Source: an uncultured Actinomycetes bacterium
Lineage (GTDB): Bacteria; Actinomycetota; Acidimicrobiia; Acidimicrobiales; CADCTF01
NCBI GenBank assembly: GCA_963750255.1
Contig: CAVVPZ010000009.1
Span: 322,069-386,068 of the forward strand
Length of the DNA: 64,000 nt
Reading direction: 5' to 3'
Part shown: in pieces, positions 31,953 to 41,788 of the stretch
Numbering within the stretch: the stretch's first letter is position 1
Layout: each line of letters opens with the position of its first letter
Notes under the pieces: model-generated
Told to the model about the DNA's origin: nothing
The model's input: only the letters and a program-made list of their open reading frames with translations
Databases searched by the model: none
Translations under genes and position numbers: made by a program

Positions 31953-33230
31953 TCGTCGAACCGGGTCCGCGACGCACCTCGACCGCCACCGTTGGCGGCG
32001 GCTCGCTTGTGGGCCGCCAACCGCTTCCCCTACCTCGCGTCGGCCCTGTTCGCCACCGGGGTGATCGAACGTGAGGGCCTCGGCGGCGACGGGGTGGCCG
32101 TCGACGCCGAGTGGCGGCTCTACATCGAGCCCGCGGTGGCGGCCCGGTTCTCGGTGGCCGAACTCGGCGCGCTCCTCGTGCATCACACCGGCCACCTCAT
32201 TCGCGACCACGCTGGACGAGCCGAGACCTTCGGCGTCGGCGAGTCGACGGCCGAGCGGTGGTCGACAGCGGCCGACGCAGAACTCAACGACGATCTCGCC
32301 GACGTCGGCATCGTCGTGCCCGGCAAGGCCATCCTTCCCGAGCACCTCGGCTTCGAACGCGGGCGGTTGGCCGAGGAGTACTTCGCTCGCAGGCGGGCAC
32401 AGCCCCCGACCGAACCCGACGAAGACGACCCCGACGGGGACGCCGGGGAGCCGACGTCGGATCACGGCAGCGGCGCGCACGGACACCACCGGCCGTGGGA
32501 GGACCCGAGCGGCGACGAGAGCGCCGGCGACCAGCCACCGGGATTGACCAAGCACGAGCGCGACTTGTTGCGGGCCCAGACCGCCCAGCAGATGCTCGAC
32601 GCCGTACGCACCGGGCAGGGCAACGTGCCCGGCAGTTGGCAGCGATGGGCCGAAGAGCTCCTGGCGCCGACCGTCGACTGGCGCCACGCCCTCGCGGCCG
32701 AGGTCAGGCGCGGCGTCCAGCATGTGGCCGGCGCCGTCGACTACAGCTATCGACGCCCGTCGCGACGGGCCTCGACGAGTCCGACCATCGTCCTACCAGC
32801 GCTGGAGAAGCCGGTGCCCGAGGTCGCCGTCGTGTGCGACACGTCGGGCTCGATGGGCGATCGGCAACTGGCCCGGGTGCTGGGTGAGGTCGAGGGCATT
32901 CTCGGCGGGATCGGCCTGCGCTCCCGGGGGGTGCGGGTGCTGGCCGTCGACGCCAGCGTGCAGACCGTGCGCCGGGTGTCGTCGGCCCGCCAGGTCGAGC
33001 TGATCGGTGGCGGTGGTACCGACATGTCGCGGGGCATCGAGGCCGCGGTTGCGCTCCGGCCCCGCCCCTCGGTGCTCGTCGTGCTCACCGACGGCCTCAC
33101 GCCGTGGCCCGAACGGGCGCCCCGAGGCGTTCGTGTCGTCGTGGGCATGCTGACCGATGCTCCCGGGGCGAGCCGCCTCCCGCCGACCCCCGGTTGGGCC
33201 CGGGTCGTCCGCATCGACGACGAGCGGTGA
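31949..33230 (+). CDS. DUF2201-type protein: N-terminal metallopeptidase-like domain plus C-terminal vWA domain
   Basis: ARLWA..PYLASALF, AVD..WRLY, HHTGHLIRDH, AADAELND, YRRPSRR, MIDAS DTSGS/GGGTD/LTDG; start approximate (indel near 31975). Confidence 0.88.
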
Positions 33231-33972
33231 ACCCAGGCCCGCCTCGAGCACGGCCCGCGTCGCGCCGGTGGGCCCGCCGGCTCCCTTCCGTGAGCGTGGA
33301 AATCCCGTGCGGCGGTGCCGTGCATCGCGTCGTCCTGCGTCGTGGGCGGCTGGCGCTCGCCGACCACAGTGTCGGCGCCGAAGCCGTCGCGGTGTCGTTG
33401 GGCGCGCCTTCGCCGCCGTGCTTCGAGGTGTTTCGCAGCTGGCGAGCCCGCCCGCTGTGGGAGGAGGCGTTGCAACCTCGCGGCCCCGGCTTCCACCAGT
33501 TGTACCGCCGGCCGCCCCTGCCCAAGGAGCTGGCGATGCCACTCGAACGGGGCGTCGTGCGGGGTTGGGAGCGGCGGGCCGATCGTGAGGGGGCGCGGCG
33601 GCGGGCATGCTCGATCGAGCGACGCGAGCTCGGGCCGAGCCAACCCTGCGGTCGGCACTGGCGTCGGCGATACGCAGCCACGGCGGCGGACCCGTCGAGC
33701 GGCTCGAGCTCTCGATCGGCTCGTCGTGTTGGGCGTGGGGGAGGATCGACGACCAGGGCTCGTCGTTGCTCGTCCGCGTCACCTCCGACTGGTTGCGCAC
33801 CGTCGGCATGGCTCAGTCGGCAACCCAGCCCGGGGAGCCAAACACGTTCGTGGTCCAGGCCCGGCTGGGTCCGACCCCCGCCCTCGTCGTGGCATGGGCG
33901 GCGGCCGGTGACGGCGCCGTCGTGGCCCGGTTGGCCCCGGCTGGGCCCACGACGCGCAACTCCGAAGCGTGA
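33227..33972 (+). CDS. Hypothetical protein A, paralog of the next gene (frameshift near 33600)
   Basis: GTGA-coupled to the vWA gene; VEIPCGGAVH..LADH..AEA..LG..PPCFEVFRSWR; continues as MLDRA..VTSDWLRTV. Confidence 0.75.
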
Positions 33973-34718
33973 CGTGGTGTCGCGGTGTGCCGGCTCTCGA
34001 TGTCGAGGTCGCGTGCGGCGGTCGACGTCACACCGTGCGGTGGCGGCGAGGCTCGTTGGTGCTCGTCGACCATGACGCGGCCGCCGAAGCGGCCGTGGCC
34101 GCGCTCGGCGGTGAGGCCCCCGCGTGCCTCGAGGTGCTCCGCTCGTGGCGCGACGGCTACGTCGAGGCTGAACACGACGGCGCCGTCGCCGGCCTGGTGC
34201 GCCCCTTGTCGAGCCTGGCCCGCTGGATGAGTGGCGCCGGTCCGCTTCCGGTGTACCTCCCCGAGCCGCTCCGGCGTCTCCGCGAGACCAGCATCGCCGC
34301 CACCTGGGCCCGCGGCCTTCGCGAACCGCAGGCATCGGCCGCCGCAGCCCAGACGTTCTACGACCGGGCCGTGGCCCGTCGGCTACGCGAGGTGCTGGTC
34401 GTGCAGGCTCGATCGGTGGGGGCGGTCGACCCCGACGTCGTCGTGATCGTCAGCGATGATCCCGACGATCTCGAGGGCGTCGGCCGATGCGAGGGCACGC
34501 GAGCGATCGTCCGAGTGACCGTCGCACGCACCTGGCTGACCGACGTCTGGGCGCCCGGAGTCGAGTGGTCCGGCGCCGACGTCGTGGTGCATCCGCGCCG
34601 ACCTCACGCCACGGTTCTCCGGTGGGACCGGGACGAGGGCGGTTCGGGTTTGGCGCTCGCCCTCGGCGCCGAGCGCGACCCTCAGGCCAACTGGCGAAGA
34701 ATGCCGGCGGTGTCTTGA
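33969..34718 (+). CDS. Hypothetical protein B, paralog of the previous gene
   Basis: GTGA-coupled; VEVACGGRRH..LVDH..AEA..LG..PACLEVLRSWR..YDRA..VARTWLTDV. Confidence 0.8.
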   Translation: MTWCRGVPALDVEVACGGRRHTVRWRRGSLVLVDHDAAAEAAVAALGGEAPACLEVLRSWRDGYVEAEHDGAVAGLVRPLSSLARWMSGAGPLPVYLPEPLRRLRETSIAATWARGLREPQASAAAAQTFYDRAVARRLREVLVVQARSVGAVDPDVVVIVSDDPDDLEGVGRCEGTRAIVRVTVARTWLTDVWAPGVEWSGADVVVHPRRPHATVLRWDRDEGGSGLALALGAERDPQANWRRMPAVS

Positions 34719-35071
34719 TACGTCACCCGTTCGACGATCAACCCGTCGACGACGCGAGTGACGTGGCACAGCGGCAGGGTGACCGCGCGACCGGTGGGCG
34801 CCAGACCGGCAAACATGCCGTCGTGGGTTCCCTCCATGACTTCCTCCGTGACCACGATGTCGCCTTCGACAACCCAGCGCTCGACTCGGACCTTCACGTC
34901 GGGAAAGGCTTCGAGCGTGTCGGCCAGGAGGCGTCCGAGACCGGCCAGCGTCATGACCCGACCACTGCCGGCCACGATGCGGGCGTCGGGATGAAACAGG
35001 GTGCGTCCGGCGATCGGATCATGGGAATTGATCGTCTCGTGCAACTGCTCCAGCACTTCTCGCGGCCCCAT
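34682..35071 (-). CDS. SnoaL-like ester cyclase / NTF2-fold protein
   Basis: AFPD..EGD..GTHDG..APTGR..DGLIVE..YQD. Confidence 0.88.
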   Translation of the reverse strand: MGPREVLEQLHETINSHDPIAGRTLFHPDARIVAGSGRVMTLAGLGRLLADTLEAFPDVKVRVERWVVEGDIVVTEEVMEGTHDGMFAGLAPTGRAVTLPLCHVTRVVDGLIVERVTYQDTAGILRQLA

Positions 35072-35088
35072 GGGCCCATCCTCGCGCG

Positions 35089-36528
35089 ATGAGACTTCGA
35101 CGCGGCCAAGCCGTGCCGATCACCTGGATCCGGCGACTCCAAGTGGTCGCGTTCGCCATCGTTGGTGCGATCATCGCCGTCGCCCTCGCCGGGCGAACCA
35201 CCGCAGTAGTCGGGCCCTTCGAGGCCTCGGCCTGGGTGCGTCCCTCATGGGGCGGGGAGACGACGGTCTTGCTCGCCCCGTTGGGCCGCATCCGCCTCGA
35301 CACCCATGACGCGCCCATCGGGTTGGTGCTGCAGGTCGACGAACTGCGCCTCGGCGACGCTGAGCGGTTCGCCCAGAATCCGGCCCTGATCGAGACCGTC
35401 GGCGACGACCTGATTGGCGAGGTGCGCCGGGTCATGATCCACCTTGCGCTGCGCTGTCTCGCCGTCGGCGCCGTTGGCGGACTGGCCGGAGCCCTCGTCG
35501 CCCGCGTCCGTTGGCGGGTCGCGCTCGCGGGCAGCGCTATCGGCGCGCTGCTCGTCGCCGCCGCCGGCGGGGCGGCTGCGCTCACCTACCGGGCGTCGGC
35601 CATTTCCGAACCGCAGTACACCGGTCTGTTGACGATCGCACCCACGGCCGTCGGCGACGTCAGGTCGATCGTGGACAACTTCGGTCGCTACCGGGTGCAG
35701 TTGGCCGAGCTCGTGGGCAACGTGGCCACGCTCTATCAGGCGGCGCAAGGCCTTCCGGATCTCGACCCTGGCGCCAGCACCATCCGCGTGTTGCATGTGA
35801 GCGATATCCACCTCAACCCCCAAGCCTTCGACCTGATGCGCGAGTTGGTCGACCAGTTCGGCATTTCGGCCGTGCTCGACACGGGTGATATCACCGACTG
35901 GGGTTCAGAGCCCGAGGGCGCGTTGCTCGACGAGATCCCGACGCTGGGCGTGCCCTACGTCTGGGTGCGGGGCAACCACGACTCGATGCAGACGCAGGCC
36001 GCCGTCGCTGCCCAACCCGACGCAGTCGTGCTCGACGGCGACGCCGCTTCCGTCGCCGGACTGCGCATCTGGGGCATCGGCGACCCGCGCTATACGCCCA
36101 ACAAGGACCAGCCCACAGGCGGCAAGGTCGAGCAGGACGCGGCGTTGGCGTTCGCGCCTGAGGTTGCCCATCGGCTCTCGGTCAGCGAGGGCGAGCAACC
36201 CGTCGAGGTCGTCATGGTGCACGACGCGCGGGCGGCCAAAGACGTGGGCGGGTCCGTCGATCTTGTGCTCGCCGGCCACACGCACAAGGCGCGTGAAGGT
36301 CGGATCGGCGCGTCCACCCGACTGCTCGTCGAGGGCTCGACCGGTGGCGCGGGCCTGCGGGGCCTGCAAAAGGACGACCCGGTGCCGCTCGCGTGTTCGG
36401 TGCTCTACTTCGATCGTCTCACGAGCGAACTCGTCGCCTACGACCGCATCAGCGTGCGGGGCCTCGGCCAGGCCGGCGTCACCATCGAACGCCATGTGGT
36501 GCAGCCGCTCTCGCCTCCGGCTGGCTGA
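35089..36528 (+). CDS. Membrane-anchored metallophosphoesterase
   Basis: HVSDIH, DTGD, GNHD, VH, GHTH calcineurin-like motifs after TM helices. Confidence 0.9.
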   Translation: MRLRRGQAVPITWIRRLQVVAFAIVGAIIAVALAGRTTAVVGPFEASAWVRPSWGGETTVLLAPLGRIRLDTHDAPIGLVLQVDELRLGDAERFAQNPALIETVGDDLIGEVRRVMIHLALRCLAVGAVGGLAGALVARVRWRVALAGSAIGALLVAAAGGAAALTYRASAISEPQYTGLLTIAPTAVGDVRSIVDNFGRYRVQLAELVGNVATLYQAAQGLPDLDPGASTIRVLHVSDIHLNPQAFDLMRELVDQFGISAVLDTGDITDWGSEPEGALLDEIPTLGVPYVWVRGNHDSMQTQAAVAAQPDAVVLDGDAASVAGLRIWGIGDPRYTPNKDQPTGGKVEQDAALAFAPEVAHRLSVSEGEQPVEVVMVHDARAAKDVGGSVDLVLAGHTHKAREGRIGASTRLLVEGSTGGAGLRGLQKDDPVPLACSVLYFDRLTSELVAYDRISVRGLGQAGVTIERHVVQPLSPPAG

Positions 36529-36540
36529 CCGGCGCGAGGT

Positions 36541-37122
36541 TCAGGGCTCCAGGAGCGGTCGGAGGCCGTCGGCGAAGAAGTCGGCCAATGGCATCGGCGG
36601 CGGAGCGAGGATGGCGGTGATGACGATCCGTGCGATCCAGTCGGCGAGGGCGACCGGATCGCGGCGGGCGATGCGTCCTTCGGCCATGGCCCGATCGAAC
36701 ATGGCGATGGTGGCCACCGCCGATCGGCCCAACACCTCGGGGAGGTCGCGCAGCAGGTACGGACCGAGAAGTTCGGGTTCGTCGGCCACGACCTTGGTCA
36801 GCACCGGGTGGGAGCGGAAGACCGTCACGACCTCGCCCAACAACGTGATGAGGGCGGACACGGCGTCGTCGGCCGCGGCCCACGCCGCGAGATCGGGGAG
36901 CGAGCGGCCGATCTCGCGCTGCAACAACAACTCGGTCATGTCCCGCACCGTGCCGACTTGGCGATAGACCGTGACCCGGTTGACGCCGACGGCATCGGCG
37001 ACGTCGCGCACCCTGGTTCCGGCCAGGCCACGGTCGAGGACGAGTCGGGCGAAGGCGTCGAGGTACGGATCGGCGCCGGGGCGCTGTCCCGGCCAGGGAG
37101 GGGAGGGGTCGGCCTGCAACAA
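36541..37122 (-). CDS. TetR/AcrR family regulator (TTG start approximate)
   Basis: YLDAF..GLAGTRVRDVADAVGVNRVTVYR HTH. Confidence 0.88.
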   Translation of the reverse strand: MLQADPSPPWPGQRPGADPYLDAFARLVLDRGLAGTRVRDVADAVGVNRVTVYRQVGTVRDMTELLLQREIGRSLPDLAAWAAADDAVSALITLLGEVVTVFRSHPVLTKVVADEPELLGPYLLRDLPEVLGRSAVATIAMFDRAMAEGRIARRDPVALADWIARIVITAILAPPPMPLADFFADGLRPLLEP

Positions 37123-37140
37123 AGCGGCCTCATTGTTGCA
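37115..37140. promoter_or_regulatory. Putative TetR operator TGCAACAA-N10-TTGTTGCA
   Basis: Perfect 8-bp AT-rich inverted repeat over the TetR start, divergent from the SCP2 gene. Confidence 0.7.
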
Positions 37141-37211
37141 CCGACCGCCGCGAATGGGGAAGAGTGTCGCCGGAACACCGTCGAGTCGACCCCCCAAGGA
37201 GATCACCCCAC

Positions 37212-37607
37212 ATGCCCGAAACCTTCCTTTCCGACGCCTGGTTCACCGAGGTCGAGAAGATCCGCGACGAACTCGGCGGGGCCGACGCCGGTCTGGGCGA
37301 CGACCTGCAGCTCAACATCGTCGTCACCGGCGGCCCCGAGGGCGACAAGGAAATGCACCTCAAGGCCGGCCAGTTCGAAAAGGGCCTCGTCGACGATGCG
37401 CCGACCAAGGTCATCGTGCCCTTCGACGTGGCCAAGTCCATGTTCGTCGAGGGCAACCAGTCGGTGGCCATGCAGGCCTTCATGTCCGGCCAGATCAAGA
37501 TCGAGGGCGACATGTCCAAGCTCATGGCCATGCAGGGTGGCGGCGGCGGAGCCCCCAGCGAGGACGCCCAGAAGCTCCAGCAGCGGATCAAGGACGTCAC
37601 CGCGTAG
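37212..37607 (+). CDS. SCP2 sterol-binding domain protein
   Basis: FLSDAW..AMQAFMSGQIKIEGDMSKLM; AAGGAG RBS. Confidence 0.88.
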   Translation: MPETFLSDAWFTEVEKIRDELGGADAGLGDDLQLNIVVTGGPEGDKEMHLKAGQFEKGLVDDAPTKVIVPFDVAKSMFVEGNQSVAMQAFMSGQIKIEGDMSKLMAMQGGGGGAPSEDAQKLQQRIKDVTA

Positions 37608-37656
37608 TTCAGCCAGCGTCGTCCAGCGGCCCCCGATCCCGGTGGCGTCGCCGGCC

Positions 37657-38369
<713 letters not shown>

Positions 38370-38373
<4 letters not shown>

Positions 38374-39485
38374 GTGCGCACCGGCAGGCTGAGCTGGAAC
38401 CTCGCCCCGCCACCAGGCGCCTCGGTGGCCTCGATCCGTCCGTCGTGGGCCTCGACCACGGCGCGGCAGATGGCGAGTCCGATGCCGCTCGACGTGCTGC
38501 CTTCGCCGACGCGAAAGGGCTCGAAGATCCTGGCCCGTTCGAATGGCGGAATCCCGCGTCCTTCATCGTCGATCCAGACCCGCACTGCCGTGGAATCGGC
38601 CGCGCCCCCTACCCGGATGCGGCCGCCAGCGGGGGAGTGTCTGGCCGCGTTCTCGAGGAGGTTGATCACCACCTGGGCGAGTTGCACGAAGTCGCCGTCG
38701 ATGGGGGGCAGCCCGGTGGGGAGATCGATCTCGATGCGGTGGCCCGTCAGTGCCCGTTCGAGGAGATGGGCGGCATGGTCGACGAGTTCGCCCACGTCGA
38801 CCGAGCGGCGGTCGGGTCGCAGCGCGCCGGCTTCGATCCGGCTGAGGTCGAGGAGGTTGGCGACCAAGCGATCCAGCCGTCCGGTCTCGTCGAGCACCAG
38901 ACGGAGCAAGTCGTTGCGGGCGGCCTGGTCGTAGTGGTCGCCATCGAGGACGTCGGACACGACCGCAGCGATGGTGGCGAGCGGGGTGCGCAAGTCGTGT
39001 GACACCGAGCGCAGGAGCGCCGATCGCTGCTCATCCACGCGTTCGAGCACGTCGATGCGTCGGGCCTCGTCCTCGAGTTCGGCCCGGCGGTCCTCGACCG
39101 ACCGGAGTTCGATGTTGAGGGCCGCGAGTTCGGCGGCGCGCACTTCGGCCGACGACCGACGGTCGGTTTCCCGTGCCACCAACGTCCCGGCCACGGCGGC
39201 GACCAGTCCGAACACGGCCAGGGCCAACACGTCGACACCGGAGCGGACCTTGAACGTTCCCGACGGCGGGAGGAAGGCGACGTTGAGGGCGGCAGCAGCG
39301 GCGGCGGCGACGACGAGTGCCGGGAGCCGTCCTCCGACCAGAGCGGAGATGACGACCGGCACCACGAGGAGCAACGCGGGAGACGCAGGCGACACGTCAG
39401 CGCGGAACGGCCAGACCGCGACGACCGCCAGTCCCACCAGCACGAGGCCGGCGGCAGCGGCCCGGGCACCGGACGAGACGGACAT
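38370..39485 (-). CDS. KdpD-like sensor histidine kinase (DUF4118 TM domain, no N-terminal KdpD/Usp domains)
   Basis: Four TM helices, VSHDLRTPL, NLLENA, DEGRGIP, GIGLAIC. Confidence 0.9.
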
Positions 39486-39521
39486 GGCCCGATTCTCACC
39501 CACCGCCGCGGGCCTCCGGGG

Positions 39522-39595
39522 CGTTGGTGTGGCCGTTCCGGCGGTCGAAAGGCGTCGTAGCGGTCGATCTGGCCGCCGCAACGGCCACACCAACG
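39522..39595. repeat. 74-bp hairpin REP/MITE-like element, family B copy 2
   Basis: Perfect 16-bp terminal inverted repeat CGTTGGTGTGGCCGTT / AACGGCCACACCAACG. Confidence 0.75.
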
Positions 39596-39617
39596 GGGGA
39601 TTGGGGGTGTTGGTGTG

Positions 39618-39670
39618 TTGACCGGTGGCGCGGAGGGGCGTAAGGTGGCGGCAAGTGGCGCGAAGGGGAG
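39618..39670 (+). promoter_or_regulatory. dcw promoter with MraZ-binding direct repeats
   Basis: TTGACC(39618)-17 bp-TAAGGT(39641); G[T/G]GG[C/A]G at 39625, 39635, 39645, 39655 and 39665 (10-bp period). Confidence 0.85.
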
Positions 39671-39724
39671 CCTGAGGGGGCCCCAACCGTGTCTTGAGGG
39701 AGAACCGAGTGCAAGGGCGAGCGA

Positions 39725-40135
39725 GTGGCGCGATTCATCGGGAGGTACGAGCACTCGCTGGACGCCAAGGGCCGCGTCATCCTTCCGGTCAAGTTCCGCA
39801 TGGAATTCGAGCGGGGTGGCTTCTTGTCCAAGCACGCCCAGGGCTGCATCGCGTTGTGGACACCCGACGAGTTCGACCTGCAGTTGGAGGCCAACCGGTC
39901 TCGGGCCGAGCAGAGCAAGGACGACCGCAACCTGGCCCGCATCTGGGCGAGTGGCTCGGCCGAGGTCGAGGTCGACAAGTCGGGCCGGATGCCGATCCCG
40001 GCCTTCCTCCGATCCTTCGCCGAGTTGGAGAACGAGGTCCTGGTCATCGGGGCCATCGACCGCATCGAATTGTGGAGCCCCTCGGTGTGGGAGGAGCGGG
40101 TGCTGCCCTCAGAGCAGCAGATGGTGGAGCAGTAG
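39725..40135 (+). CDS. mraZ: Division/cell-wall cluster repressor MraZ
   Basis: [33 protein letters not shown]. Confidence 0.96.
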   Translation: MARFIGRYEHSLDAKGRVILPVKFRMEFERGGFLSKHAQGCIALWTPDEFDLQLEANRSRAEQSKDDRNLARIWASGSAEVEVDKSGRMPIPAFLRSFAELENEVLVIGAIDRIELWSPSVWEERVLPSEQQMVEQ

Positions 40136-40170
40136 GTGTGTCGTCGGCGACGTCCGACGTCTGGAGCATG

Positions 40171-40274
40171 CGCAGCCCCTCGGCCGGCACGGTGGAAGAA
40201 CCCCACTCCGCCCACTTCTGCCGAGTTCGATCGGGGAGAAATCCCGACGACGCCCGTCGCGTCGGGGGGCTGCG
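40171..40274 (+). ncRNA. Probable structured leader of rsmH (mraW RNA motif-like)
   Basis: CGCAGCCCC(40171) pairs with GGGGCTGCG(40266-74) just before the ATG; internal hairpins; same location as the actinobacterial mraW motif. Confidence 0.5.
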
Positions 40275-40275
40275 G

Positions 40276-41272
40276 ATGAGCCAGACGGACCAGGCGAGCG
40301 TCTTCGAGCACCGACCCGTCATGGTCGACGAGATCGTCGACCTTCTCGGGCCGGTCCCGGCCGGCACCGTCGTCGACGCCACTGTCGGCGGCGGCGGCCA
40401 CACCCGGGCGATCCTTCTCGCTCATCCCCATCTCCGTGTCGTCGGCCTCGATCGCGACGCCGACGCGATCGCCGCAGCCACGTCCAGCCTGTCCGACCTC
40501 GGCGACCGGGTCACGCTCCGGCACACCCGCTTCGATGCGCTGGCCGCCACCCTCGACGCCCTCGGGATCGAAGGTCTCAGCGGCGCGCTGTTCGATCTCG
40601 GGGTCAGCTCGCCGCAACTCGATCGCGCCGAGCGTGGCTTCAGCTATCGAGGTGATGCCCCCCTCGACATGAGAATGGATCGCCGTGAGTCGCGCGACTG
40701 CGGCCGACGTGGTCAACACCGCGTCGGTGAGCGAACTCGCGGAACTCTTCGCTGACAACGGCGAACGTCGTTTCGCCGGCCGCATCGCCTCGGCCATCGC
40801 CAGGAAGCGGCCCATCACCACGACGACGCAGTTGGCCGAGATCGTCCGCGACGCGATCCCAGCCGCCACGCGACGCACCGGAGGGCATCCGGCCAAGCGG
40901 GTCTTCCAAGCACTCCGTATCGCCGTCAACGCCGAACTCGACGTGCTCCCGGTGGCGGTCGACGCCGCCATCGAGCGGCTCGTGCCCGGTGGCCGGCTGG
41001 CCGTGCTCAGCTACCACTCGGGCGAGGACCGCATCGTCAAGGACCGGTTCTTGGCCGCCGAGGGCGCAGCCTGCACGTGTCCGCCCCGGCTGCCGTGCGT
41101 CTGCGGGGCCGCCGACCGGCGCACCGTCCGACTGCTCCATCGCGGAGCCCGCAAGCCGTCGCCGGCCGAGGTCGCAAGGAACCCCCGGGCCGAGAGCGCC
41201 CGCCTTCGCACCCTCGAAAAGCTCGTACCACCGACACCGTCCATCGCACCCACCCCGAGAGACCCGTCATGA
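40276..41272 (+). CDS. rsmH: 16S rRNA m4C1402 methyltransferase (frameshift near 40690)
   Basis: [55 protein letters not shown]. Confidence 0.96.
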
Positions 41273-41788
41273 CCGCACCCGTGCTCGACCGACCGACCGC
41301 TGCCACCGCCCGCCCGCTGGGGCGTCCCGAGGGCGCGGCCCGCTCCCCGGCCCAATCTTCGTGTGCTGCGGGGCGACGACATCGAGACCGAGGCCGAACG
41401 ACGGCGACTGGTTCGGCTCCTGGCTGCCGCCGTCGTGGTCTCCGCTCTGTTGTGCCTCTTCGGCGTCGTGGTCTTTCACGTGGTGCTCACCCAGAATCAA
41501 TTCCGTCTCGACTCGCTCCAGAACGATGCCCTCGACCGTCAGGCTCGCTACGACCGGCTCCGCCTCGATGTCGCCGAACTGGAGTCGCCCGATCGCATCG
41601 TCGCTGATGCCCAGCGCCTCGGGTTGGTCACGCCCGACAAGGTCACCTACCTGGCGCCCGTGATCGATGGGCAGCCCGCTTCCAGCGCCGCCGACGCCGC
41701 CTCCCGCATCCGGCCGTCCGACGATCCCGCCGGCGCCGCCGCCGGCACGGGGTGGTCCGTGGTCAAGCCCCACCTGGCGGACGGCTGA
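41269..41788 (+). CDS. ftsL: Cell division protein FtsL-like (frameshift near 41360)
   Basis: Single TM helix plus coiled coil and LESPDRI..A..LG; lies between rsmH and ftsI. Confidence 0.8.
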
